From an uncultured Candidatus Saccharibacteria bacterium (GTDB lineage: Bacteria > Patescibacteriota > Minisyncoccia > UBA6257 > Colwellbacteraceae), in the NCBI GenBank assembly GCA_964559765.1, contig CAZLHU010000003.1, positions 1 to 42,226 on the forward strand: a stretch of DNA of 42,226 nucleotides, read 5' to 3'. Both the position numbers and the translations under genes were made by a program. This document shows, in pieces, positions 15,958 to 25,787 of the stretch. Under the pieces are notes generated by a model. It did no database searches, was not told where the DNA came from, and saw only the letters and a program-made list of their open reading frames with translations. Numbering within the stretch: the stretch's first letter is position 1; each line of letters opens with the position of its first letter.

Positions 15958-18900
15958 TACGGTTGCACCTTCTGCAGGAATTGGAATGTGTTTTCGAAAT
16001 TATTGAGTATGACGTCTAGAATCGACTGGGATTGCTCGGAGACCACTATTGTCTGCGTCGGATAAACCGCCGTATTGGACGCCTGATCGGTCGACGATAT
16101 CTGCACCCGGTACACCGCCCCCGGAGTCAGGTTGGGCACGATGACGACGTGGGTCAACGTGTAACTGGCAAGGTCCTGAATTGTATGGGAGAAGGTCTGC
16201 TGCGTCGAACCCACGCCTGAGTCGTAGTTAACTATCGAATTGGATGGTTTGTCGGTGCTCCATCCGACTATGGCTTCGGCAACATTCGGCGTCTGAGGGT
16301 CGATGATGGTCTGAATCTTTATATTGGATATCTTCGGGGGCGTCGTGTCCTTCAGTGTGGTAACTTTTATATTGTTCGCTGCGCTAACCGGATTGCCCTC
16401 GGCGGTTTCCCCGGAAGCCGAAACCTGATAAGTCTCCGCCGATGGGAGGTTCTGGACCTGCACGTCATGGATCGTGACTGGCGTATTGTCGGTTATTGTC
16501 TGCACCGTCCCCGTCTTCACATCCTCGTATTGCACCACCGAGCTGGTCAGCATGTCCGTCACCCACGTGACATTGAACCCGCTGGTCGTGACATTGGTCA
16601 CGTCCGCGGTCACCTTCGAGGCAGCCGTCGTGAACGTTATATCCTTGCTCTTGCCAAACACTCCGGGGATGCTGAATGATTCCGCCATGATGTGATAGGT
16701 CGTGTTCGGAAGCAAATCAGTCAGATTTAAAACGTGGTCGGTTACCTTGTCGTTCACATCGGATGTCTGGGAAGGATACGGGGTCTGTGAGGTCGGGTCG
16801 TAATTGCTGCCGGCTGCATAGTATAGGACTGAGTACGAATTTATATTTGTCGTCCAGTCTACCTCGGCGCTGTTTTCGGTTACATTCGACACCGCCGGCG
16901 TGCTCAGGAACGGCGGCACAAGGCTCGGCAGCGCCGAAGCTATGCTGTTCTCGATCTCCTGCTGGAACTGATATGCGGTCGTCGGGCTGGTCGATGCCGC
17001 TGTGAGATATTGCGTCATAAAAGTGCCGGTGGAGGAAGTAGCCGTGTTCCCGGCGTTGTCTATCGCCTTTACGTAATAGCTGTAGTTCGTTCCCATCAGC
17101 AACCCGCTCAGAGTTATGGCGTGGGATGTGAGGAATGTCCCGTCAGCGGCGGCATAGCCGAAGTTGGTTCCGGAACCGTATTCCACGAACCCTATCGCCG
17201 ATTTTGATGTATTAAAGGAAACGGTTGCATTGAACGCGGTCGAGGTCGCGGTCACGTTGGTGATCGTCGGCGGAGTTATGTCCGGGGCCGGCGCGCCACC
17301 GCTCGAGCTGACATAGATATACGTCTGCTGGCTACCAGAAAGCGTGGAGAAGGAACTTTCTCCAGAAGACCCCTCGACTCCTATGTTCGACTTGGAATGG
17401 GCGGTGAGATAGTAGGTTGTCGACGCCGTAAGTCCGGTCAGAGTAACGGCATGGTATGTCGTAAGAGTCGGATCTTCTGTCGTGCTAGAGGAATATTCGC
17501 CGCTCTCGATCCCGTACTCGACCCAGCTGGTCGAAGGCTTGTCGGTATTCCAGGTGACTATGGCCGAGGTCTCGTTCATTACAGGCACTTTGACATAGGA
17601 TAGGACTGGCGGCGTATGGTCGGTCGTAGTGAATGTGTAATATTCGTTGAAATTGTTGTCGATGTGCATTATGTCGTTGGCGTCGTCAGACTGCAGGTAG
17701 TAGTAATATGTAGTACCTGGAATCAGGCCATCAATTGAAACCGTATGCTGGAATGGCGCCCCTCCACCGCCTACGAACGTGGACGTACCGGTTTCAGTCG
17801 CACCGACTCCTCCGCCGATCTGCGTAGGGTCGAAATAGTAAACATAGGAATCCGAGTCCATTGTGGTGTCCCAAGTCACAATAGCCGAAGTGTCGCCGAC
17901 GTATGTCGTTGTGGCATCAGAGAATACCGGAGCCTGCGTGGTAAAGAAGAGGTCCGAGGACGAAGCCGCGTTTCCTGCAGCGTCCACAGAACTGGCCACA
18001 TAGTGATACATGGTGTCCGGGGTAAGTTCGGTCAGGAATATCTGGTGCGCCGTGACCAAGGTGGAGCTCGATATACTGTCAGGATAAACTCCGGTGGAAG
18101 TGCCGTAAGACACCTCTGTGTCCGAAGGCTTATCAGTAGTCCAGGCGATACCCGCCGTGTCGCCGCTCAGGAAAGAAATATTGACGTTGGTGATCTGTGG
18201 AGGCTGACTGTTGGTTGTGGCGAATTGGTAGTATGCCCCGCCGTTCTTATCGACCGATACCAGGCCAGACGCATCTGTCGACTGTACGTAGTAATAATAT
18301 GTCGTGTCGGGGACCAAATCCGGCAGCGACACCGAGTGGAAGTAGGGCGATGACGATCCCGAAACAAGGTCGGCGCTTCCGGCCGACATACTGAAAGAAT
18401 CGGTGGACGTGGAATAGAACACATAGGAGTCGGAATCGGTGTTTGTATCCCAAGTTACGACGGCGCTCGTGTCTTGCGGGCTTGCCGAGACCAATGTTAT
18501 TGCCGGGCCGCCGCCGTTTCCAGTCGAGGTTACGAACACTTGGGGCGTGAAGGCCGAGATATTCCCATTTGTGTCTTCCACCCTCATCTCATATGTATAG
18601 GCCGTCGACGGCATAAGCCCCGTGTCTGTATACGAGGTCATCCCCGCGGATGATATGGTCGCAAGCGGCGCAAAGGCCCCGCCCCCGACCGAACGGTATA
18701 TGTCATACTGCTTGAAATCAGGCATGGTGCTGGTCGCCCAAGACACGTAAGCGCCATAAGCTCCCGTTTTAAGGTTGGTGATATCCTTGACCACCAGGCC
18801 TGACGGCATGGCCGGACCGGAGAACGTCTGGATATAATCGTTGCCGTACACGTCTTCCAACTCGACATAGACAACAGGAGTGCTAGTGGTGGTACTGGCG

Positions 18901-21900
18901 TTTCCGAAAGACAGGGCATGGGCCGATGTGTTTGTGGCATCCCCGCCGACCGCAACGAACGGCAATATCGAATCCGGCGTCGAAGCGGTGAACGGCGAGC
19001 TAGAAAGCCGATACGAGAAATTGGCATCGGCCGAGAAGTTGAAATTGACGATCCCCTGGCTGACGTCCATCGTGAGTGAGTTTACGGCCGGAGGATTGGT
19101 GTCTAGGACGAACGGGACGCTTGTTGCCGTTGCAATATGGTTGGCCAACTGATGGTCGTCCAGCGTTACGAGAACTTCCGTGTCAGTTGAATACTGCTGC
19201 CCCACGTCCGCCGACGAGTTCCAGACGATAGTGGATGTCGGAGAATAGTCGCCCTGAGGAAGCATGGAAATGTCTTCGGTCGGATCAGGAGTAATAAAGG
19301 TATTCATTGGGTTCCAGGTACTCCCGCCGTTAAGCGAATATTGATAGCTTGGCGTTACGGTCGATGTTGCGTGGCCGTTGGCAGCGTTGTCCGTCAGCGA
19401 ATCTGAATCCATGCCCGAAAACTGGAACTGGACCAGATCGGGAGTCGAAGAGGTCCCGTGCTGCTCTAAGGCGGTAACACCAGTTCCCCCGCCGATATCC
19501 GCATTGAACTGCGGCGGAGCGTTGACGACGTATTTCACCGTCACATTGGATACGGTTGGCGTTGCGGCGCCAGTCGAACTTTCAGCGACTTTATACTGCC
19601 AATACTGCGCGCCGGTTTGAAGCGAAGAAGGGATAGCCACCCCCGAACATGCAACTACGGTCGACGAACCGTCCGGAGTCGTTGCGCATCCAGTGGTCGA
19701 GTCCGTAAGGCTGACCCAGCTTGCGTTGGATAAATCAGACGCGTTATCGCCTACGCGCACAGAAAGAGCTACCCCGGTGTTGGTCGGCACCGTCTCCGTC
19801 CAATCAATCTCCCCCACCGCATCGCTCGGATCGGTCGTGTTATACGGAGAAGAAATAACAGCTCCTGGCAGATATGCGTTATACGATATCGTCACGCTGT
19901 TTAAGGACGGCGTTATCGTAGTATTGGTCGTTGAAAGTGTGGCTTTATACTGTATGTAAGCATCTCCGTTAGTCACGCACCCGCCCGACGCGAGCGGTTG
20001 GCCGTTCGATATCTGCGAACAGGTCGACCAGTCGGGGGCATCGCTTGTATCTGGGTCGTTGAACGATCGGGCCTCCATAGTGAGGGTCTCGCCTCCGGTT
20101 TCATTCCACTGCAGGCTCCCCCATGATACGGAATCGCCTATGTCTATCGGCGAAGACGTGAAGGTGCCCGTCGATGGATATGCGCTGAAGTCGAAACCCC
20201 AGAAATTGGAGCTGCCGTCGCCGGGTATGGCATAAAGATAATTTCCCGTCCCCGGATAGGCCAACAGACTCGAATACCCGCCGCTTGTTATATTGCCGGG
20301 CGCGTTGGGCATGATGTCCCAGGTATTATCGGACACGGTATAGCGCCACAGCGCACTGCCGCCGCCCTGAACCGCAAATATATAATCGCCGTCATTGGGG
20401 TAGATAAGGGATCCGCCAGATACGTCACCGGGGGCATTAGCCATCGAAGACCAGGTGCCGGCGGAAATGGAATATCGGTAGAAATTAGCGGTGCCGTCGC
20501 CGGGAAAGGCGTAAATATAGTTGCTATCGGGACCGTTAGTGATCTGGGGATATGCGCCGATGGTCGGAGGCGTTGGCAAGCCGCCCCACCCGCCGCCGAT
20601 AGAATATACCTGGAACGTGTCTTGGGCGTATCTAGTGTAGTAGTCAAAGAGACCGTAAATGTTGTTGCCGGACCCAGGGTATGCGAGCGAACCGGCAATA
20701 TTACAGAAATAACACTCGTTCGGACTGGCTAATTGGATCGTGGAATTTTGAGATATGGAATAGCCGAAAAACGGGGCCTGATATGTGTTTATCCTAGCGG
20801 AGTTGCCGATTACCGGCGGAAATACATATATATTGCCGTTGACGGTCACCGCGCCGCCGGCGTACGGGCCGCCGCTTAGATAATTCCACGAGCCGTTGTC
20901 ATAGTCCCAATTCGGAGCATAAAGATTGTTGTTGTATCCGGACACAAGGTTTGTACTATTGCCCGGTATGTTGTTAACGGAGCTCCAACCGTTATCTGCG
21001 AGCGGCGAGTAGCGATAAAGAGTGGTGCCTCCACCGCCCTGCAGGGCATAGAGATTTCCATCGGGGCCCGGCGCAATGGTTCCCCCGCCGCTAAATCCGC
21101 CCGGGGCATCCGTCATAGTGGTCCATGTGCCCTGTGATATCGAATAACGCCATATGGCATTGCTACCACCTCCTTGTAGGGCATAAATATAGTCGCCCGT
21201 GCCGGGGTAGGTGCAGCTAGCGCCATCGCCAGGCGTGCCAGGTGGAGAATTTTGAAAGCCCGTCGTTCCGTCAGCGCCTCCGTCAAATCCATATATGCCG
21301 CCTTTGGCGGTGCAGAAACTATAACCAGTAGTATATTGCGAACGATTGTAGCCTACCGGATAAGCACTCCATGAATCATTGGATATGTTGTAGGCCATAA
21401 CGTTTTCATCGTATGGGTCTCCGTAAAGAACCGCATCGGCATAGATAACACCTCCGCCTGAATAGGTGAGGTAATAATTATAATTCCATTCCGATTGGCC
21501 AATCGGACCAAAAGCACTCAAAGTGCTCCATGTCCCTTGTGAAATCGAATAGCGCCAAAATCCCGTACGAGCCAGACCAGATGGAGCCGCATAAATATAG
21601 TCATCTCCCGTGGAGATGAGATCATTCTCTCCTATACTGCCGGGTGCGTCCGGCATTTGAGTCCACGAATCACCAAGGACGGAATAACGCCAGAGCGAAG
21701 CGCTGCCCGCACCTTGTGAGACATAGATATAATTGCCATAGCCCGGATAGACCATCTGCGCATCCTCACCAAAAGCCACGGGGGTGTTTCCTATAGTCGT
21801 CCATGGCGGAGGCGAAGGATAGGCAGCGAGAATAACGCTCGACTGAGTACTGGATCCGTTCACTAAAGTATTTGAGAACGCCCCGGCATTGAAGTCGGCG

Positions 21901-22160
21901 CCGGACTGCTGTGTCACTGTTTTTGTGCCGATACTTAGACTTATATCAGTCGAGGCGGAGTAATTTGTCGAGCTTGCGAATTGGTTCCATCCGGATTCGT
22001 CCGCGGGGTGGGTCGCTGTATTTAAAGACGTTCCCCCACTCCAATCCTGCTGATTAAAGGTGTAGGTCTTCGCATCTGCGGGGAAGGTGCCAAAGACAGT
22101 TAGGAGCACAACTCCAGCAATAACCGCAACAGAAAGACCACCAGCCCTCACCCTCTTCAT
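15957..22160 (-). CDS. Giant secreted surface protein (2067 aa): Kelch-like beta-propeller plus FN3/PAP-N-like repeats
   Basis: N-terminal signal peptide; about 11 YIYA..G.G....WRYSIS..TW repeats; about 8 A.V.W.T.KPS/DS repeats; amphipathic C-terminal helix SILDVILNNFENTFQFL. Confidence 0.8.
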   Translation of the reverse strand: MKRVRAGGLSVAVIAGVVLLTVFGTFPADAKTYTFNQQDWSGGTSLNTATHPADESGWNQFASSTNYSASTDISLSIGTKTVTQQSGADFNAGAFSNTLVNGSSTQSSVILAAYPSPPPWTTIGNTPVAFGEDAQMVYPGYGNYIYVSQGAGSASLWRYSVLGDSWTQMPDAPGSIGENDLISTGDDYIYAAPSGLARTGFWRYSISQGTWSTLSAFGPIGQSEWNYNYYLTYSGGGVIYADAVLYGDPYDENVMAYNISNDSWSAYPVGYNRSQYTTGYSFCTAKGGIYGFDGGADGTTGFQNSPPGTPGDGASCTYPGTGDYIYALQGGGSNAIWRYSISQGTWTTMTDAPGGFSGGGTIAPGPDGNLYALQGGGGTTLYRYSPLADNGWSSVNNIPGNSTNLVSGYNNNLYAPNWDYDNGSWNYLSGGPYAGGAVTVNGNIYVFPPVIGNSARINTYQAPFFGYSISQNSTIQLASPNECYFCNIAGSLAYPGSGNNIYGLFDYYTRYAQDTFQVYSIGGGWGGLPTPPTIGAYPQITNGPDSNYIYAFPGDGTANFYRYSISAGTWSSMANAPGDVSGGSLIYPNDGDYIFAVQGGGSALWRYTVSDNTWDIMPNAPGNITSGGYSSLLAYPGTGNYLYAIPGDGSSNFWGFDFSAYPSTGTFTSSPIDIGDSVSWGSLQWNETGGETLTMEARSFNDPDTSDAPDWSTCSQISNGQPLASGGCVTNGDAYIQYKATLSTTNTTITPSLNSVTISYNAYLPGAVISSPYNTTDPSDAVGEIDWTETVPTNTGVALSVRVGDNASDLSNASWVSLTDSTTGCATTPDGSSTVVACSGVAIPSSLQTGAQYWQYKVAESSTGAATPTVSNVTVKYVVNAPPQFNADIGGGTGVTALEQHGTSSTPDLVQFQFSGMDSDSLTDNAANGHATSTVTPSYQYSLNGGSTWNPMNTFITPDPTEDISMLPQGDYSPTSTIVWNSSADVGQQYSTDTEVLVTLDDHQLANHIATATSVPFVLDTNPPAVNSLTMDVSQGIVNFNFSADANFSYRLSSSPFTASTPDSILPFVAVGGDATNTSAHALSFGNASTTTSTPVVYVELEDVYGNDYIQTFSGPAMPSGLVVKDITNLKTGAYGAYVSWATSTMPDFKQYDIYRSVGGGAFAPLATISSAGMTSYTDTGLMPSTAYTYEMRVEDTNGNISAFTPQVFVTSTGNGGGPAITLVSASPQDTSAVVTWDTNTDSDSYVFYSTSTDSFSMSAGSADLVSGSSSPYFHSVSLPDLVPDTTYYYYVQSTDASGLVSVDKNGGAYYQFATTNSQPPQITNVNISFLSGDTAGIAWTTDKPSDTEVSYGTSTGVYPDSISSSTLVTAHQIFLTELTPDTMYHYVASSVDAAGNAASSSDLFFTTQAPVFSDATTTYVGDTSAIVTWDTTMDSDSYVYYFDPTQIGGGVGATETGTSTFVGGGGAPFQHTVSIDGLIPGTTYYYYLQSDDANDIMHIDNNFNEYYTFTTTDHTPPVLSYVKVPVMNETSAIVTWNTDKPSTSWVEYGIESGEYSSSTTEDPTLTTYHAVTLTGLTASTTYYLTAHSKSNIGVEGSSGESSFSTLSGSQQTYIYVSSSGGAPAPDITPPTITNVTATSTAFNATVSFNTSKSAIGFVEYGSGTNFGYAAADGTFLTSHAITLSGLLMGTNYSYYVKAIDNAGNTATSSTGTFMTQYLTAASTSPTTAYQFQQEIENSIASALPSLVPPFLSTPAVSNVTENSAEVDWTTNINSYSVLYYAAGSNYDPTSQTPYPSQTSDVNDKVTDHVLNLTDLLPNTTYHIMAESFSIPGVFGKSKDITFTTAASKVTADVTNVTTSGFNVTWVTDMLTSSVVQYEDVKTGTVQTITDNTPVTIHDVQVQNLPSAETYQVSASGETAEGNPVSAANNIKVTTLKDTTPPKISNIKIQTIIDPQTPNVAEAIVGWSTDKPSNSIVNYDSGVGSTQQTFSHTIQDLASYTLTHVVIVPNLTPGAVYRVQISSTDQASNTAVYPTQTIVVSEQSQSILDVILNNFENTFQFLQKVQP

Positions 22161-22282
22161 ACTATGTTTAAATTATCCCCCTATATATAGTACGAAATCA
22201 AGTGTACATGCTCGCACAACGGCATTGCATAAAGAAGATTGCGTAAGCTTCCCGGCTTAATTGAGGCCAGCTATGTAATTTA

Positions 22283-22291
22283 TGATATAAT
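22283..22291 (+). promoter_or_regulatory. Extended -10 promoter (TGATATAAT) for pilMN-pilO
   Basis: Exact TGnTATAAT 17 nt upstream of ATG 22309. Confidence 0.6.
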
Positions 22292-22308
22292 TTTCAGAAG
22301 ATAACGAC

Positions 22309-23736
22309 ATGGATTGGTTTATAAAACTTTTCACCAGAGAAGAGAAGATCGCTGGACTAGAGGTCAGAGACGATTATCTGCGGATGGCTTTGTTGCAACC
22401 CGGGAAAATCGGGGACAAGCCCTCCACAGAGATAAGATTTCTAGGAGAAGAACCGTTGGACGAAGGCGTTGTAATCGGCGGTTCGATAAAGGACAAGGAT
22501 AAGTTCGTTAAGTCAGTAAAAAAGCTGGTTAATAGGTCGCCTGTAAAGATAAGCTTCACGATGGTTTCCATCCCCGCTGACGGGGTGTATTCCAAGGTCT
22601 CTTCATTCCCCAAGACGATCATGGGCGATAAGCTAAAAGAATCGATGGATTTGGCTATGCAATTCCAGCTGCCGGACAAGCCCGAGGAGACTTATGCCAG
22701 TTGGGAAAAAATTGGGCCCAGCGACCGGAATGAGGTGTTGGTAGCGACTATATTAAAGAAACCCATAAACGAGCTTGTCGACGCCCTAAGCTCGGCGGGC
22801 CTGCGGGTCGTCGCCGTTGAATTCAGCGCTCTTAGCATATGCAGGTCTATGGATATAAAGGATTCCGAGACAGTTCTGGTTAGGGCGCCGCAAATCTCGG
22901 GCGTGGAAGTATTCATAGTCAAAAATAGATTACCCTATTTCGTTAGAGTTTTGCCGAAAGAATTTTTATCTTCAAAGGATCTGTTGGATAAGGAGGTTGA
23001 TAGGATAGCAGATTTCTTCGGAGCAGATAAAGGCGATATCGACCGGAGGATAGACATAAGCGAAGCCAAAATTATTGATTCGCTATCCGGCAATCCGAAG
23101 ATTGGCGAAAACTACGGCAAATGGCTGTCCAGCATCGGCATTGCGATGCGAGCAATGATCCCGCGGTCGGCGGACGACATGATCAGCCTGATGTCTGTAG
23201 GCACAGAGGACGCCTATGAATACCAAAAGGCCGTCGCCTTCTCCGAATTCATCCTAGAGAGTTCAATCGCCGTATCGCTGTTCTTCATCGCCGTCTTTAT
23301 AATAGCGTTGGCATCTCTTTCGTCGTTCCAGCAATCCGTCATCAGACAGACAGCCTCGATTTCAACAACTCCTCTGCCGAATAACTCGGATCAATTACAG
23401 GCCCAGGCCGGACAGCTTAACAACACCCTAGCGATAACAGTGGGGATATTGAGGGGAACGGTTGATTGGTCTGCCGTCTTAAAGAAACTGGATGCGGACA
23501 TAATACCCGGGATAACGTTGAATGGCATAAGCATGCCATCGCAAAACGGCACCATGTCGATCAGCGGCATCGCGCAGACAAGGGACATACTTAACAATTT
23601 CAACGCGACCCTAGAAGCCGATACTTTCTTGTCCAACGTCAATCTGCCGATAACCAATATCGATCAGTCCAATAACCTGCCATTCAATATCACCTTCACA
23701 ATCTCCAATCCACAAGCACTTTACTATGCCCAGTAA
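22309..23736 (+). CDS. pilM: PilM-PilN fusion protein (475 aa)
   Basis: N-terminal IAGLEV..DYLRMALL and A.LRVVAVE actin-like PilM features, one TM, then PilN-like WSAVL..L...I.L.......SISGIA..R..L..F...LE....LSNV. Confidence 0.75.
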   Translation: MDWFIKLFTREEKIAGLEVRDDYLRMALLQPGKIGDKPSTEIRFLGEEPLDEGVVIGGSIKDKDKFVKSVKKLVNRSPVKISFTMVSIPADGVYSKVSSFPKTIMGDKLKESMDLAMQFQLPDKPEETYASWEKIGPSDRNEVLVATILKKPINELVDALSSAGLRVVAVEFSALSICRSMDIKDSETVLVRAPQISGVEVFIVKNRLPYFVRVLPKEFLSSKDLLDKEVDRIADFFGADKGDIDRRIDISEAKIIDSLSGNPKIGENYGKWLSSIGIAMRAMIPRSADDMISLMSVGTEDAYEYQKAVAFSEFILESSIAVSLFFIAVFIIALASLSSFQQSVIRQTASISTTPLPNNSDQLQAQAGQLNNTLAITVGILRGTVDWSAVLKKLDADIIPGITLNGISMPSQNGTMSISGIAQTRDILNNFNATLEADTFLSNVNLPITNIDQSNNLPFNITFTISNPQALYYAQ

Positions 23737-24274
23737 GATCCAAACCATAAAGATAATACTTAGGAATGTGGCGGAGGCCTGCGCGGCCATAGCTGTCTGC
23801 GGGATTTTAGTGTCCGTATCCAGCAGCCAGATATCGAACATAGTCGGCTCCATCACCCAGGCCAGGGAAACATCCATGGAGGGGCAAGACCGGAGTGCTG
23901 CGATATCTCAGTTACAAAGCCAATTCGCGACCATCGATGGCAATGATGCAAAGATAAGCAATGCACTGATGCACGAAAACGACATCATCCCGTTTGTCGA
24001 CGCACTGAACTCTCTTGCTAGCAAAGATTCCGTCCAACAGTCATATAACTTCTCCTCGCCCGCACCATATGCGTCTCAGGGGAACTTAAACGTTTACAGC
24101 ATACCCTACAGCATAGGCCTTACCGGGAACGTAAACGCGTTCATGAAATATCTGAGCGACTTCCAGAGCCTGCCGTATTTCACCAACATTTCCTCGGTCA
24201 GTATATCGGCTCCATCTGGACTGGGGCAGAATTCCACTATGAACATGGCCGCAACCCTATACATACAACAATAA
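23726..24274 (+). CDS. pilO: PilO-like protein (182 aa)
   Basis: N-terminal TM, coiled coil, LTGNVNAFMKYLSDFQSLPYFTNISSV PilO-type motif; overlaps pilMN by 11 nt. Confidence 0.7.
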   Translation: MPSKIQTIKIILRNVAEACAAIAVCGILVSVSSSQISNIVGSITQARETSMEGQDRSAAISQLQSQFATIDGNDAKISNALMHENDIIPFVDALNSLASKDSVQQSYNFSSPAPYASQGNLNVYSIPYSIGLTGNVNAFMKYLSDFQSLPYFTNISSVSISAPSGLGQNSTMNMAATLYIQQ

Positions 24275-24278
24275 TTCC

Positions 24279-24731
24279 ATGCCAGATACAGACAATAAAA
24301 TGAATATCGGCGCCCGGTTCAGCAACATAAACGGCAGGCAATTGATATACCCCGGCATATTGATAGTCGTGCTCGTATTGCTGTGCATGGCCTTCTATTC
24401 AACGGTACAATTCCTTAGCACGAATATAAATTCCGCGTTCACTCCCCCGTCGCAAAGCATCGTGGCCGCACAAACGCAGATACAGCAGGTGGATATGCAA
24501 GATTATGGCACGGTTCTGCAGAAGGTAGCGGCTGGCTTATCGGCTACGAGCTCATCGGCTGCAAATCCGAATGCATCGATACCATCGAATGCGGACGCAG
24601 CGAAGAAAGTCCCGTCGGCACTGGTAAACACAGGCACACCTAGCCCGAAAGTGAATCTATTGCCGTCGCCTCCGAATACATTAACGCCTTCGTCCGTCGC
24701 GCCGATTACGTTGACACCTACACAACCCTAG
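24279..24731 (+). CDS. Single-TM protein with Pro/Ser-rich tail at the PilP position (150 aa)
   Basis: One TM segment, low-complexity C-terminus, 4-nt gap after pilO. Confidence 0.6.
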   Translation: MPDTDNKMNIGARFSNINGRQLIYPGILIVVLVLLCMAFYSTVQFLSTNINSAFTPPSQSIVAAQTQIQQVDMQDYGTVLQKVAAGLSATSSSAANPNASIPSNADAAKKVPSALVNTGTPSPKVNLLPSPPNTLTPSSVAPITLTPTQP

Positions 24732-24745
24732 ATCTAGGATCGCAT

Positions 24746-25225
24746 TCACTGAGATATTTCCTGCCAAGTCGTGGTCGCTATCTGCCCGTACTCATTGGGC
24801 TGGTCTAATATGACGTTGACCTGGACTTCGATGCTGTTATTAGCGACGGCACCAGTCGAATTAATTACTATAGGGGTGGATGTCGATCCAGTATATCCTG
24901 GGCCATTAAGAACACTCACTGTGGCGCAGCCTGCCGGCGGCGTTCCGCAGCCATTGGATACGAAAGGTATCGTATAGGGCGTGCTGGTCGGTGCCGAATA
25001 TGTATAGTTAACGGCAAGCTTTTGCAGGGCGTCCCTGGCCCCGGCTTCAGCGTATTCCTGTGCGGCCACCGTATTGGATTGATTGTATGAACTGGAAGAT
25101 TCATTCAAAGACAAAGCGGTTATGCTGATGGCGACGATCAATATCAAAAGGACTATGACCAATATCGTCGTTAAAGAGGCCACTCCGTCAGAATTTGATT
25201 TATATATGCCCGCTTTTTTAATCAT
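24746..25225 (-). CDS. PilX/GspK-like minor pilin lacking E5 (159 aa)
   Basis: KSNSDG|VASLTTILVIVLLILIV; A..YAEAGARDAL..L PilX-type helix; INSTG...W.EI C-terminus. Confidence 0.75.
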   Translation of the reverse strand: MIKKAGIYKSNSDGVASLTTILVIVLLILIVAISITALSLNESSSSYNQSNTVAAQEYAEAGARDALQKLAVNYTYSAPTSTPYTIPFVSNGCGTPPAGCATVSVLNGPGYTGSTSTPIVINSTGAVANNSIEVQVNVILDQPNEYGQIATTTWQEISQ

Positions 25226-25253
25226 CTTATTAGCCTTAAATACTGTCTCTGCT

Positions 25254-25781
25254 CTAATGACTCAACTGGAATGTTGTCTGATTGGTCTGTGAATAGCTCC
25301 AGTCCGGACTGGAAGAATTGTACTGCACATTCATAGCCATCTGGACACTGACCACCGTCTCCCCCAGCGTACTGTTTGTATTCTGTATATTCGTGAAATT
25401 GAGGCTGGTCACGACCACGGAGGTGGATGTCATTGGTTCTGAGCTCGATGTGCAGGAACCTCCCGCTTGTCTATATACTACGCCGTTTATCAGACAATAT
25501 GAGACCGATGCCCCGGATCCAGACACGATAGTGAGCGTGCTTGAAGATGTGCCAGCGGCGGATGGAACGGTGACCGTGCTGGCATAGCCGACATCCTGAC
25601 CCACCTTATCCAAGACGAAACGGATATTGGAGTCCACTTCACTGCTTGAAGTTATCTGGCCTATCCCTCTATTAATGGAGGTAAGCGAGGCGACAAGCAT
25701 GACCATGACGATCATAAGTATCGCCACATATATCAGGAGCTCCAACAGAGTAAACCCCTTATTGGACTTAAGCTTTCCCAT
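25254..25781 (-). CDS. PilW/GspJ-like minor pilin (175 aa)
   Basis: SNKG|FTLLELLIYVAIL; N.RF.LDKVGQDV..A; VTSLNFT motifs. Confidence 0.8.
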   Translation of the reverse strand: MGKLKSNKGFTLLELLIYVAILMIVMVMLVASLTSINRGIGQITSSSEVDSNIRFVLDKVGQDVGYASTVTVPSAAGTSSSTLTIVSGSGASVSYCLINGVVYRQAGGSCTSSSEPMTSTSVVVTSLNFTNIQNTNSTLGETVVSVQMAMNVQYNSSSPDWSYSQTNQTTFQLSH

Positions 25782-25787
25782 ATTCTG

